Source of the DNA: Methanosarcinales archaeon
GTDB lineage: Archaea > Halobacteriota > Methanosarcinia > Methanosarcinales > EX4572-44
Length of the DNA stretch: 49,808 bases
Direction: 5' to 3'
Assembly: GCA_004212095.1 (NCBI GenBank)
Contig: RXIJ01000032.1
Span: forward strand, 1-49,808
Positions within the stretch are counted from its first letter, which is position 1; every line of letters begins with the position of its first letter. This document shows, piece after piece, positions 16,077-25,155 of the stretch. Both the position numbers and the translations under genes were made by a program. The notes beneath the pieces are model-generated. The model did no database searches. It was given only the letters and a program-made list of their open reading frames with translations, and was not told the origin of the DNA.

Positions 16077-16246
16077 CCTTTTGCCGGTTTGTATCTTATT
16101 TATTCTTATAGTTTTAGCCCCTGTTGCAAACTTGAGGTCATGGGAATAATTTTCTACGGAAGATATGACTATAGGAACTATTAAATAATCGAGTTACATT
16201 ATGTCCTGAAAAAGAGGTACATTAACATAATTTTTTATGTGAGGAC

Positions 16247-17830
16247 ATGTTTATGGATTTTAAAGTTCTTGTAACTGACCAGATTGCAGAGGAAGGTATT
16301 GAGATACTCCAGCAGAAATTTTTAGTGGATATTGCAACCGATTTAACCTCTGGTGAATTGATTAAGAGAATACCTGTGTACGATGCTCTGATGGTTCGAA
16401 GCCAGACGATGGTGACAAAAGATGTCATCGAAGCTGGCAGTAAGCTAAAAATAATCGGTCGTGCAGGTGTTGGAGTGGATAATATCGATGTGGATGCTGC
16501 CACCCAGAAGGGTGTAGTGGTGGTAAATGCTCCAGAAGGAAACACCATCTCTGCTGCCGAACATACCGTTGCTATGATCCTTGCACTCTCGAGGGAGATA
16601 CCAGATGCACATGCAAGTCTGAAGGCTAAAAAATGGGAGCGTAAGAAATTCCTTGGAGTGGAACTCCGGGGCAAGACTCTTGGGGTTATTGGACTGGGCC
16701 GTGTTGGTGCAGAGGTTGTGCGAAGAGCGATGGGTTTTGAAATGAACGTTCTTGCTTATGATCCATATATTTCAGATGAAATAGCTAGTGAACTTGGAGT
16801 AAAGCTTACAACTGTTGACGACCTCATTAAAAAATCAGACTACATCACAGTTCACGTACCACTGACCGCAAGCACCAGAGACCTGATCGGAACCGTGGAG
16901 TTTGCCAAAATGAAGCCTTCTGCGCGGGTGATAAACTGTGCTCGCGGCGGTATAATCAACGAAGATGCACTATATGATGCGCTCAGACTCGAAAGGATTG
17001 CAGGAGCAGCCATTGATGTATTTGTTGAAGAGCCTCCACTCAAAAGCAAGCTCTTGGAGCTTGATAACATTGTACTCACACCACATCTTGGGGCATCCAC
17101 AGAGGAGGCACAGATAAAAGTAGCAATTACTGTTGCAGAACAGATTAAGAATAAATTATCAGGACAGCAAGTAAAAAATGCTATAAACATGCCCTACGTG
17201 CGTCCAGAGGTTGTGAATATTATCGCCCCGTATGCACACTTGGCAGAAACACTTGGTCTTATTGGTGCACAGCTTGTTGGAGGCAACTATGATGCTGTGG
17301 AAGTCTCTTACCAGGGCGATATTGCAAACAAGGATGTTGATACTGTTACTATAGCTGCTCTAAAAGGCTTGCTGGAGTCTGCTCTTGGTTCGGGTGTGAA
17401 TTATATCAATGCACCGGTAATTGCAAAAGAGAGAAAAATAAAAGTTACTGAAAGCAAATCAGATACTACAGACTGCTACCCAAGTGTCGTAAGCTTGATC
17501 ATTACTTATGGAGATGCTGCCAAGAAAGTAAATGGTATTGTTGTCGGCAGTGAGAATCGCATCGTGCAGATAGATGATTATCACATAAATATCACTGCAA
17601 GTAAATATATGATACTGGTAATACACGAAGATCGACCAAATATAATAGGTCCATGCTGCGTGGTACTTGGAAAGCACAACACCAATATCGCAGGCATGCA
17701 GGTAGGACGCATCAAACAGGGGAGTAATGCCATAATGATTCTAAACATCGACACACCCATAACAGAAGAGATTCTAAAAGAAGTGCAGGCAGTAGATGGC
17801 ATCGTCAGTGCCAGGCAGATAGTATTATAG
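16247..17830 (+). CDS. serA: D-3-phosphoglycerate dehydrogenase (long form with ASB and ACT domains)
   Basis: Motifs are GRAGVGVDNID, the NAD-binding GVIGLGRVGAEV, and NCARGGIINE...TPHLGAST. A C-terminal ACT-like region follows (ILVIHEDRPNIIG). Confidence 0.9.
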   Translation: MFMDFKVLVTDQIAEEGIEILQQKFLVDIATDLTSGELIKRIPVYDALMVRSQTMVTKDVIEAGSKLKIIGRAGVGVDNIDVDAATQKGVVVVNAPEGNTISAAEHTVAMILALSREIPDAHASLKAKKWERKKFLGVELRGKTLGVIGLGRVGAEVVRRAMGFEMNVLAYDPYISDEIASELGVKLTTVDDLIKKSDYITVHVPLTASTRDLIGTVEFAKMKPSARVINCARGGIINEDALYDALRLERIAGAAIDVFVEEPPLKSKLLELDNIVLTPHLGASTEEAQIKVAITVAEQIKNKLSGQQVKNAINMPYVRPEVVNIIAPYAHLAETLGLIGAQLVGGNYDAVEVSYQGDIANKDVDTVTIAALKGLLESALGSGVNYINAPVIAKERKIKVTESKSDTTDCYPSVVSLIITYGDAAKKVNGIVVGSENRIVQIDDYHINITASKYMILVIHEDRPNIIGPCCVVLGKHNTNIAGMQVGRIKQGSNAIMILNIDTPITEEILKEVQAVDGIVSARQIVL

Positions 17831-17834
17831 TCCT

Positions 17835-17945
17835 GTATTTTCAAGGCACAAAGTAGCCAATGGTGATATAGCACTGTACAACTTCGTTTTCGCAGAAATT
17901 AATAGCAAGTATTTTCAAGGCACAAAGTAGCCAATGGTGATACGG
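17835..17945. repeat. tandem repeat, 74-bp unit x ~1.5, around the 24-nt motif
   Basis: gtattttcaaggcacaaagtagccaatggtgata occurs at 17835 and 17909. ctgtacaacttcgttttcgcagaa lies at 17874..17897. Confidence 0.85.
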
Positions 17946-18011
17946 CATGAGTAAAGATTTAAACTACAATCAATAGTTATTTCCGTACACGGAGTGTGCG
18001 GGGGATACAGC

Positions 18012-18824
18012 ATGAGTATGAATCTAAACAAAGAGTTGAGTTTGTTGTTTGAGGGCCATGCAAATCAGTTGAAAGAGCAGTGGATATCTGAGATGAAAAA
18101 GCTTGGTTTTCTTGAACAGGTGAGCGATGATGAAATAGAAAAACAGTTCACTAATCTATGTGATATAGTTGTATCAACCTTAAAAACTGGTAAATATGAC
18201 GATGCTGAAAAATATGCAAGAGATATAGCACAGAAAGCTGTGCTTCAGCACATGACTGTTGACCAGGTTATAGGCGGCATGTTAAAACTTCAGGATGTGT
18301 ATCAATGTTTCATATTTGAAAAATTCAAAGATGATAAAAGACTTTGCGATCTTGTATCTGCTTGTGCAACCGTTATAAATAAAATAGTATCTATCAATGC
18401 TCTTGCTTTTGTTGAAGAGAGCGAGCAGGAGATTCTGCAACAGCAGAAAGAAGCGATGCTTGCTTTATCCATACCAGTACTGCAAATACGGGATGAAATG
18501 CTAATAGTGCCACTGATAGGAATTATTGACTCCGCAAGGTCACAGCAAATCGTGGAGGAACTGTTAAACAAAATTGCTGAGTACCAGGCATCCATTATTA
18601 TTATTGACCTTACAGGAGTTCCAATTATTGACAGCCTGGTAGCAAACCATATAATAAAAACTGTGCAGGCAGCAAAAATGCTTGGTGCAGAAACCATTAT
18701 CACAGGAATAAGCCCACCAAATGCGCAGACACTGGTAAACATTGGTGTTGATATTTCAACATTGATTACAAAAAACAATCTTCGTACAGGTCTTAAGTTA
18801 GCTGACGAAATGCTTCAGAAGTGA
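18012..18824 (+). CDS. RsbR-like stressosome scaffold/sensor (N-terminal sensor domain + STAS)
   Basis: The C-terminal STAS region reads IPVLQIRDEMLIVPLIGIIDSARSQQ...IIIDLTGVPIIDS...GAETIITGISP. The N-terminal ~140-aa helical domain resembles RsbR non-heme globin sensors. Confidence 0.7.
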   Translation: MSMNLNKELSLLFEGHANQLKEQWISEMKKLGFLEQVSDDEIEKQFTNLCDIVVSTLKTGKYDDAEKYARDIAQKAVLQHMTVDQVIGGMLKLQDVYQCFIFEKFKDDKRLCDLVSACATVINKIVSINALAFVEESEQEILQQQKEAMLALSIPVLQIRDEMLIVPLIGIIDSARSQQIVEELLNKIAEYQASIIIIDLTGVPIIDSLVANHIIKTVQAAKMLGAETIITGISPPNAQTLVNIGVDISTLITKNNLRTGLKLADEMLQK

Positions 18825-18825
18825 G

Positions 18826-19200
18826 GTGCCCTGGTTGGATATCCCCATCTTAAAAATTGAGAATTTTCTTGTTGTGACCATTCAGACAGAAATGTCGGAT
18901 GATGAGATATTAAAGCTTCAAAAAGATATATTATCTAGAATTAAAGAAGTTCGTGCATCCGGATTGGTTATTGACATTACTGCCCTTGATGTGGTTGACA
19001 GTTTCATGGGCAGAACTCTTTCAAACATTGCAAACACCGCTAATCTCCTTGGTGCAAAGACTGTTGTTGTTGGAATTCGTCCTGCGGTTGCATTAACACT
19101 TGTAGAACTTGGAATACGTATCAAGTGGAATCTAAATACTGCATTGAACCTCGAAAAAGGCATAGATATGTTAAAAAAATGTATTGAAATAAGAGGTTAG
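18826..19200 (+). CDS. RsbS-like single-STAS protein
   Basis: It reads IPILKIENFLVVTIQTEMSDDE...VIDITALDVVDSF...GAKTVVVGIRP. The conserved Ser context matches the RsbS phosphosite. A GTG start lies 2 nt after the upstream stop. Confidence 0.7.
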   Translation: MPWLDIPILKIENFLVVTIQTEMSDDEILKLQKDILSRIKEVRASGLVIDITALDVVDSFMGRTLSNIANTANLLGAKTVVVGIRPAVALTLVELGIRIKWNLNTALNLEKGIDMLKKCIEIRG

Positions 19201-19211
19201 GTGGTTTCGTT

Positions 19212-19622
19212 TTGAGTGAGATAGAAAAAAGAATATCAATCAAATCCAGTGCAGACATCATTACTGCACGGGGTGTCGGGAGAGAAATGGCGAAACAACT
19301 TGGTTTTAACATCGTTGATCAGACAAAAATAACCACTGCTATCTCAGAACTTACCAGGAACATCGTCACTTATACAGGCAAAGGCAAAGTGATCATAAAA
19401 AGGATACACAGTGATGTTGATAAAAGGGATGGTATGGCAATTATATGTACTGATAAGGGACCTGGTATAGAAAGCATTGAACTTGTTCTCGAAGCTGGAT
19501 ACAGCACATCAAACAGTCTTGGACTTGGACTGTCTGGTGCAAAAATGCTCATGGATGACTTTGACATCAAATCAAAACCTGGAGAAGGTACCAGAGTAAC
19601 GATTAAGAAATGGTTAAGATAA
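19212..19622 (+). CDS. RsbT/RsbW-like GHKL serine protein kinase
   Basis: The N box is SELTRNIVTY, the G1 box is TDKGPGI, and the G2 box is GLGLGLSGAKMLMD. The 136-aa size is typical of anti-sigma-factor-type kinases. Confidence 0.7.
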   Translation: MSEIEKRISIKSSADIITARGVGREMAKQLGFNIVDQTKITTAISELTRNIVTYTGKGKVIIKRIHSDVDKRDGMAIICTDKGPGIESIELVLEAGYSTSNSLGLGLSGAKMLMDDFDIKSKPGEGTRVTIKKWLR

Positions 19623-19628
19623 CACGTT

Positions 19629-19994
19629 ATGCAAGTTGCTACTGAAGTGCTATATGTGAACAGTGAAGCAAGCATTGTAACTGCACGAGAAACGGTGAAA
19701 AAAATTGCAGAAAATATTGGGTTTGATATTTACGATCAATATCGAATTGCTACTGCTGTCTCAGAACTTGCTGAAAATGCAGTAAAATATGCAGATGGCG
19801 GAACCATAGAGTTCCATCCGATTGATAGAGGGCTTGAAATTATCTGCAAGGATTCCGGCAGAAACATGATGCAAAAAAATACTGGGCACGGTCTTGGAAT
19901 CGGTCTTAAAAGCATTGAACATCTGATGGATGAAATGATTATTACAACAGAAGCATACGGAACATGCATCCTAACAAGGAAGTGGCTAAAATGA
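19629..19994 (+). CDS. second GHKL kinase paralog, possibly degenerate
   Basis: SELAENAVKYA and GHGLGIGLKSIEHLMD are present. The G1 position reads KDSGRNM instead of DxGxG. Confidence 0.6.
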   Translation: MQVATEVLYVNSEASIVTARETVKKIAENIGFDIYDQYRIATAVSELAENAVKYADGGTIEFHPIDRGLEIICKDSGRNMMQKNTGHGLGIGLKSIEHLMDEMIITTEAYGTCILTRKWLK

Positions 19995-20581
19995 ATGTTG
20001 GTGTAGTCAGTCGACCAAAGAAGGGTTTTAGTGCAAATGGGGATTCCTACTTGATTGAAAAAATCGATCAGAAAATATTAATCAGTGTTATTGATGGGAT
20101 AGGGCATGGAGTTCATGCAGACAATGCTGCAACCAGATGTGTGAACACCATAAAAAAATACATTCAATCCAGCAAAGATTGCAATCTAATCATTCTTTTT
20201 AATCGATGCCATGAAGCACTTAGAAACACTGATGGCGTGGTCATGGCCTCAGTTCTCATCGATGCACCATGTGACACGATACGCTATGCAGGAATCGGCA
20301 ATATTGCAACACGCATTATCGGTATAAAAAATATTTATCCTATACCAAGAGGGGGTATAGTCGGGTACAACATGCCCGCAGTAAAAGAATACACATATCC
20401 ATACAAAAGAGGAGATTTAATACTTATGTATACAGACGGTATAATCTCAAGAATCAACTCAGACCTGTGCATCAGACTGCAAAACCTTGAAGAACAGAGA
20501 ATAGCGGAAGAACTATTCAAACAGTATGCACGAGAAGATGATGATGCGACGCTGCTTGTAGCGCGTGAGGAGGGTATATGA
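19991..20581 (+). CDS. RsbX-like PP2C/SpoIIE-family phosphatase
   Basis: Motifs are SANGDSYLI, VIDGIGHGVHA and LMYTDGI. ATG 19991 overlaps the upstream stop (ATGA). Confidence 0.7.
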   Translation: MNVGVVSRPKKGFSANGDSYLIEKIDQKILISVIDGIGHGVHADNAATRCVNTIKKYIQSSKDCNLIILFNRCHEALRNTDGVVMASVLIDAPCDTIRYAGIGNIATRIIGIKNIYPIPRGGIVGYNMPAVKEYTYPYKRGDLILMYTDGIISRINSDLCIRLQNLEEQRIAEELFKQYAREDDDATLLVAREEGI

Positions 20582-21663
20582 ATCCCGAAGAACTGAAAGA
20601 GACATATATAGCACTTCTTAATGACTATCTATTTGAAGGAGATGATGAAGCAGCACTCTACAAAGCCTATGAATTCAGCAGAGAGAGTATAAATGAAAGA
20701 GTTGGACTTGAAGAAATAGCTGCTGTCCATATAGATAGTATTGGAAAACTGATTAATAAGGTGCCATTCAATGAAATTCCGCTTATCATCTCAAAATCCT
20801 CTATTTTCCTTCTTGAATTCATTATGAACTTCAGCCTCCTCTATAAAGAATACTTTGAGCTGTGGGAGAGAACCGGCAGTCAGCTGCACGAGGCAATAAC
20901 ACAGACAGGGGATGCACTGACAGCATGTTTAAACCTCGATAAAACTCTTGAAATAATTTCAAGTTTAATACAAAAAACTACTGGAAGCGATTCCATATTA
21001 ATTTATCTATTAAAAAACTCACACCTGAAACATGCACATACAGAGAATATTGTGATAGAAACTCTACCTAAAGAAACTACCATGCACAATACTTTTGCAT
21101 GGGATGCTATATCTGATGCATCGATTAAAACCTTAATAACACCAGAAGATATGAAAAAGTATCCTGCTCCAAAGATTAAAAATGGAATAGAGCCATTATC
21201 TGCTGTTGCAATACCACTCATTGGAAAAAATATGGTCATTGGTGCTGTTGAATGCTACTATGAACTACCTCATAAATTAACCGAACTGGATAATAGTACT
21301 TTACTAAACTTAGCAAGCAGTGCAGCAAAAAGCATAGAGAATATATATCAGATCAAAATAACAAAAGAACACAAAAAAATGTTAACGCCAGATGAAGCAT
21401 CCAGTCGATGTAGAATTGCACGAAGGGTAATACTTGGGGAAGGAGTAGAAGGCTATCATCTTCAAAATAATAAAGTCTGTAGGGGGTTAAAAGGACTGGT
21501 GAAACATCTTGACAGCATCAAAGAAGAAGATGTCAAGTGGGTAGTGAGATGGATAGAGTACCTTGGTGATACTGAACTTGCCCCCCGAATCAAGGCACAT
21601 CCAGAAGAGTTTAAAGAAATCATCAGCGACAGGTATGAACAGCTTGAGAAGTTTGCCCTATAG
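20578..21663 (+). CDS. RsbU-N-terminal-domain + GAF-like domain protein with an unassigned C-terminal domain
   Basis: The first ~90 aa (YIALLNDYL..EAALYKAYEFSRESI....EEIAAVHIDSI) parallel B. subtilis RsbU-N (YHQLLSRYI..ETSLYQAQKFSRKTI....EEIISIHRKVL). The middle region is GAF-like (LAVAIPLIGKNMVIGAVECYY). There are no PP2C motifs. Confidence 0.6.
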   Translation: MNPEELKETYIALLNDYLFEGDDEAALYKAYEFSRESINERVGLEEIAAVHIDSIGKLINKVPFNEIPLIISKSSIFLLEFIMNFSLLYKEYFELWERTGSQLHEAITQTGDALTACLNLDKTLEIISSLIQKTTGSDSILIYLLKNSHLKHAHTENIVIETLPKETTMHNTFAWDAISDASIKTLITPEDMKKYPAPKIKNGIEPLSAVAIPLIGKNMVIGAVECYYELPHKLTELDNSTLLNLASSAAKSIENIYQIKITKEHKKMLTPDEASSRCRIARRVILGEGVEGYHLQNNKVCRGLKGLVKHLDSIKEEDVKWVVRWIEYLGDTELAPRIKAHPEEFKEIISDRYEQLEKFAL

Positions 21664-21734
21664 CCTGAACTCCAGTAAACGCTCATGTTGTTTTACGTTT
21701 ACCGGACTTCATAACTTTTCAGATACGACCTGAC

Positions 21735-22307
21735 TTATTTCGATGTACCTAAAACTGTCTCGTGGAGTTCATACACATCCGAACCATGACATTTGGTACA
21801 ATACACATTTCGTGAAAGATGTATTTTCACCAGGTCTCCATTGGATGGCTGGAATGAATCCGGAGGTGCTGCATGACAATTTTCACATGTTACATGCCCG
21901 GCTTCTGCTTTTGGTATGCTGAGATCTGTTGCTGGGCCATGACAACTTTCACACTTAAGATTTACAGTGCCAGTTCCAATGTGTATAGGATGTACATCAC
22001 TGCCGTGACATTTGAAGCAGTATTTACCACCTTCTTTATGGGGTAACAACGTTCCTGAATCGACATGACACAAATCACATTTTATTGGTTGAGGAGCTGT
22101 GACAACCGTTGTTGGTTTTGGAGTGGGCTCCGGTGTTTGTACTGGTGTTGTTTTTTCCGGGGTTTCCGGAGCTGTTTTGACAGGAGTTTCCGGAGGTTTT
22201 TCAACCGGTGTTTTTGGATCTATGTCTGTGCAACCCATGGATAGTATTACCATTGCTGCAATAATGAGCACTGTACAGATAATTGGGCCTTTTTTTTTAA
22301 AAATCAT
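21735..22307 (-). CDS. pentaheme c-type cytochrome, lipoprotein-like with a Pro/Thr-rich linker
   Basis: The five motifs are CDLCH, CFKCH, CESCH, CENCH and CTKCH. It has a signal peptide ending LSMGC, followed by PETPVKTAPETPEKTTPVQTPEPTPKPT. ATG 22307 is chosen; the ORF-track extension to 22487 runs through the dispersed repeat. Confidence 0.85.
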   Translation of the reverse strand: MIFKKKGPIICTVLIIAAMVILSMGCTDIDPKTPVEKPPETPVKTAPETPEKTTPVQTPEPTPKPTTVVTAPQPIKCDLCHVDSGTLLPHKEGGKYCFKCHGSDVHPIHIGTGTVNLKCESCHGPATDLSIPKAEAGHVTCENCHAAPPDSFQPSNGDLVKIHLSRNVYCTKCHGSDVYELHETVLGTSK

Positions 22308-22365
22308 AACTATTTCACATTTGGTTATAAGAAAAATGTTGTATTTAAGTGTTTTGATATTGGGT

Positions 22366-22484
22366 GGTTGTAAAGTTATTGGATGTTGGCATTGTTTCGA
22401 CCTGGTTGTATATCCGGGTATAATATCTACTGTTCTCAGGTTCGAACAGACGAAAAAAATAACACCTGAGTAATTTGACAGCCA
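22366..22484 (-). repeat. ~135-bp dispersed element, copy 3 (reverse orientation, with an internal deletion), upstream of the pentaheme gene
   Basis: ggttgtaaagttattggatgttggcattgtttcgacctggttgta...taatttgacagcc aligns with 7175..7321. Confidence 0.8.
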
Positions 22485-22570
22485 CACAAAAAAGAAAGAT
22501 ATTTATGTGGTTATAGGTTTATGAGTAATAATAGTAATTATTAGTAAATTAATTAAGGGGTAATAAAAAA

Positions 22571-23239
22571 ATGAAAGGTAAACATATATTGTTGTTGTCC
22601 TGTAGCATTTTAGCTATTGGACTGTTTATACTGCCCTCAACCCTTTCAATGTTTGTGGGACAGCACACATGGTATAGTGTTAAGAATCCGGATGATATGG
22701 AAAATTTATGTGCAAAGTGTCATCAGCCAGAGGTTGAGGAGTGGAACACAAATTTAGCTCGTGGTGGTGCACATGCAACTTTTGAGGTGAATTACGTAGG
22801 CACTTCAGGGTGCAGTATCTGTCATCAGATTAATGAAACAATACTTGAAACTGATTATGGCTTGAATATTACCTCGTTGAAAGGCTATAACTTTGAAGAT
22901 TTCACACGACAAGGTCTAACCAATACAAGTAATTCGGCTGATTTCCAGGGAAATTGGCGAAATCAGACAACCCCACATGCTGCAATAAAGGTAGATTGTG
23001 GAGACTGTCATTACAATGCAACAGTACAATTGGCCGATTCTAGTTCTGCACACAGTGATTTCTACAATCAATCCACAGGTGCTGCAACCGACAGCTCTGC
23101 ATGTATCGGATGCCATACCATGACCGATATCAATATCACATGGTACAAGTTCGGCGGGCTTAATATCAATGCAAGTATAAACACAACAAGTGAGGACTGG
23201 AATATTACCGTTACCACGAATACGACACTCGTGAATTAA
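22571..23239 (+). CDS. membrane-anchored tetraheme cytochrome (NapC/NrfH-like topology)
   Basis: An N-terminal TM helix is followed by CAKCH, CSICH, CGDCH and CIGCH. It is a paralog of 42210..42977, sharing the N-terminus ...SMF.GQH. Confidence 0.8.
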   Translation: MKGKHILLLSCSILAIGLFILPSTLSMFVGQHTWYSVKNPDDMENLCAKCHQPEVEEWNTNLARGGAHATFEVNYVGTSGCSICHQINETILETDYGLNITSLKGYNFEDFTRQGLTNTSNSADFQGNWRNQTTPHAAIKVDCGDCHYNATVQLADSSSAHSDFYNQSTGAATDSSACIGCHTMTDINITWYKFGGLNINASINTTSEDWNITVTTNTTLVN

Positions 23240-23306
23240 GATGATCTTTGATATTGATCATCTTTAATTTTTTTTAAATATTTAATATTTCTATATATGA
23301 TAGACT

Positions 23307-24080
23307 ATGTCGTTTGTAGAAGAGTTTATTGGGATATTATCATCTTCATTTTTTTATTTATTGTATACCAATCAAATTTTATTAATCTTGTTTTTTTTCA
23401 CGTTAATCTTTTTTATAATTTTACGTAATATACATGTGAGAAATTCCACGTTCTTTCCAGATGTTATTAGTACCTTAATAAAAAAAATCACTTACCAAAA
23501 CCAGAAAAAATCTGTCGAAAGCAGGGTGGGACACTATGGCGAGTTATCAAAAAGACAGAGAGTTTTACCGGTGATTGTTCCACTGTTTATTACGATCTTT
23601 ATTGCATACCTCATCCTTAACCACTACGTATTTCTTGCTATTGTAACTTCAGGCAGCATGTCGCCTGCTCTTGAGGTAGAGGATCTGGTTCTCATACAGA
23701 ACCTGCATGTCAACCCACAACAGGGCGAAATTATCATGTTTAACACAAAAAAAGCGAGTATGCCAGTCATTCATCGGGTATATTCAGTATCCGGGGATGC
23801 CATCAAAACAAAGGGTGACGCAGTAGCGTTTCCTGACGACTGGACTCTAAAAAAAGAAAAGATACAGGGAGAAGCTGTATTATTTCAAGATAAACCGATA
23901 ATAGTTAAGAATATTGGTGCATATCTGTTGTTTGATCCAAATAAAGTACAAATTACAAAATATGGGTCTGAAATGTACAGAGCAAGCCAGATTCTTAAAA
24001 ATGTCAAAAAACTTGGATTTACAATATTTATGATCTGCATACTGCTCTATATTTTCCTTGCTGCGAGCAGCAAACACTAA
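23307..24080 (+). CDS. type I signal peptidase (archaeal/Sec11-type S26B) with an extended N-terminal TM region
   Basis: The catalytic Ser box is TSGSMSPALEVEDLVLIQ, the His box is PVIHRV, and KGDA...D follows. A C-terminal TM helix is present. Confidence 0.8.
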   Translation: MSFVEEFIGILSSSFFYLLYTNQILLILFFFTLIFFIILRNIHVRNSTFFPDVISTLIKKITYQNQKKSVESRVGHYGELSKRQRVLPVIVPLFITIFIAYLILNHYVFLAIVTSGSMSPALEVEDLVLIQNLHVNPQQGEIIMFNTKKASMPVIHRVYSVSGDAIKTKGDAVAFPDDWTLKKEKIQGEAVLFQDKPIIVKNIGAYLLFDPNKVQITKYGSEMYRASQILKNVKKLGFTIFMICILLYIFLAASSKH

Positions 24081-24108
24081 ATAACCATATAATCGTTGTT
24101 GATTTAAG

Positions 24109-25155
24109 ATGAGCGGAAAAACCGGTATTTCATTATTTGGAAAGTTTGGTGCTATCTGCATAGTTATTGCTGGAATTTACCTCATATACCTGTCCTATCA
24201 GCCAGTAATTGACCTGTTGTCCGGAGAAAAATTTGAGCAAAAAGATATTATTATAAATCTAACAATCATGCTGCTTGGAGTGGCTACACTGTGTGGTGGG
24301 ATCGATCTTGTAAGAAGAACAATCGCACTTGAGCAACTGATTGATGTTGGGTTTGAAAGTGAAATTTATACGCGACTTGAACCGATCCTTAAAGAAATTG
24401 CAGGAACTCAGGTGATGATTGATAAAATTGAAGAACGTATGAACAGTATGAACACCAATATTGACCGACTCGGAAAGCGTTCAGTCACTCTCACAATCCA
24501 GGGGGGCGGGTCAGCATACGGCATTGATATTGCTTCGGAAATATCGCGTTTTCTTCGATTGGTTTTGTTAATCAATGCCACTCTTGCAGTATTTTTATTC
24601 CTTTTGAGTTTTACACGTGCTTACACACCGTACCTGATAACAATGCTGTACATCATCTGGTGGCTTGAAATCACATACGATTACAACCTCTGGCAGCGGT
24701 CATCCGCATGGGTTTGGGCATTTATCCCGATACTGACTATCCCAATCACAACGATTCTATTTGAGGTAATCTATGGTGGAGGAACACTCATCGGAAGCAT
24801 GACCCTTGGACTTGTAATGTATGCAACGGCATACTTTACATGGAGCAAGTATATTATCGAGGGATGTTTACCATTTGATTTAAATAAGCTGACAAATAAA
24901 ATTCCAAAAGAAAATAAAGGAATAGCACACCTGACAACACTAAAAGAAAAGCTTACTCGAAAGCGTCACGCAATTTCGACATATTTAATTATAAGTTCAC
25001 TCGTTTTTGGATTATTGTTAGTTTTGCAGATGATTAATATAAAATACAACCTGAAATGGATGCCTGCATATTCACCTGACTATCTGGTACTGACAGGTAT
25101 TTTGCTTGTCGTATCGTATATTATAAGTAACAAATTAAGACGTGGGAAAATATGA
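24109..25155 (+). CDS. polytopic membrane protein, unknown function
   Basis: It has about 8 hydrophobic segments plus a soluble coiled-coil-like loop (IDKIEERMNSMNTNIDRL). Its stop overlaps the giant cytochrome start (ATGA). Confidence 0.7.
   Translation: MSGKTGISLFGKFGAICIVIAGIYLIYLSYQPVIDLLSGEKFEQKDIIINLTIMLLGVATLCGGIDLVRRTIALEQLIDVGFESEIYTRLEPILKEIAGTQVMIDKIEERMNSMNTNIDRLGKRSVTLTIQGGGSAYGIDIASEISRFLRLVLLINATLAVFLFLLSFTRAYTPYLITMLYIIWWLEITYDYNLWQRSSAWVWAFIPILTIPITTILFEVIYGGGTLIGSMTLGLVMYATAYFTWSKYIIEGCLPFDLNKLTNKIPKENKGIAHLTTLKEKLTRKRHAISTYLIISSLVFGLLLVLQMINIKYNLKWMPAYSPDYLVLTGILLVVSYIISNKLRRGKI

Noticed and set aside
22099-22487. 124-aa plus-strand ORF, and the N-terminal extension (MWLSNYSG...) of the pentaheme gene.
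   Set aside because: The plus-strand ORF is antisense to the Pro/Thr-rich linker (Gly/Val-rich mirror translation). The extension reads through the 135-bp dispersed element, and a proper signal peptide starts at ATG 22307.
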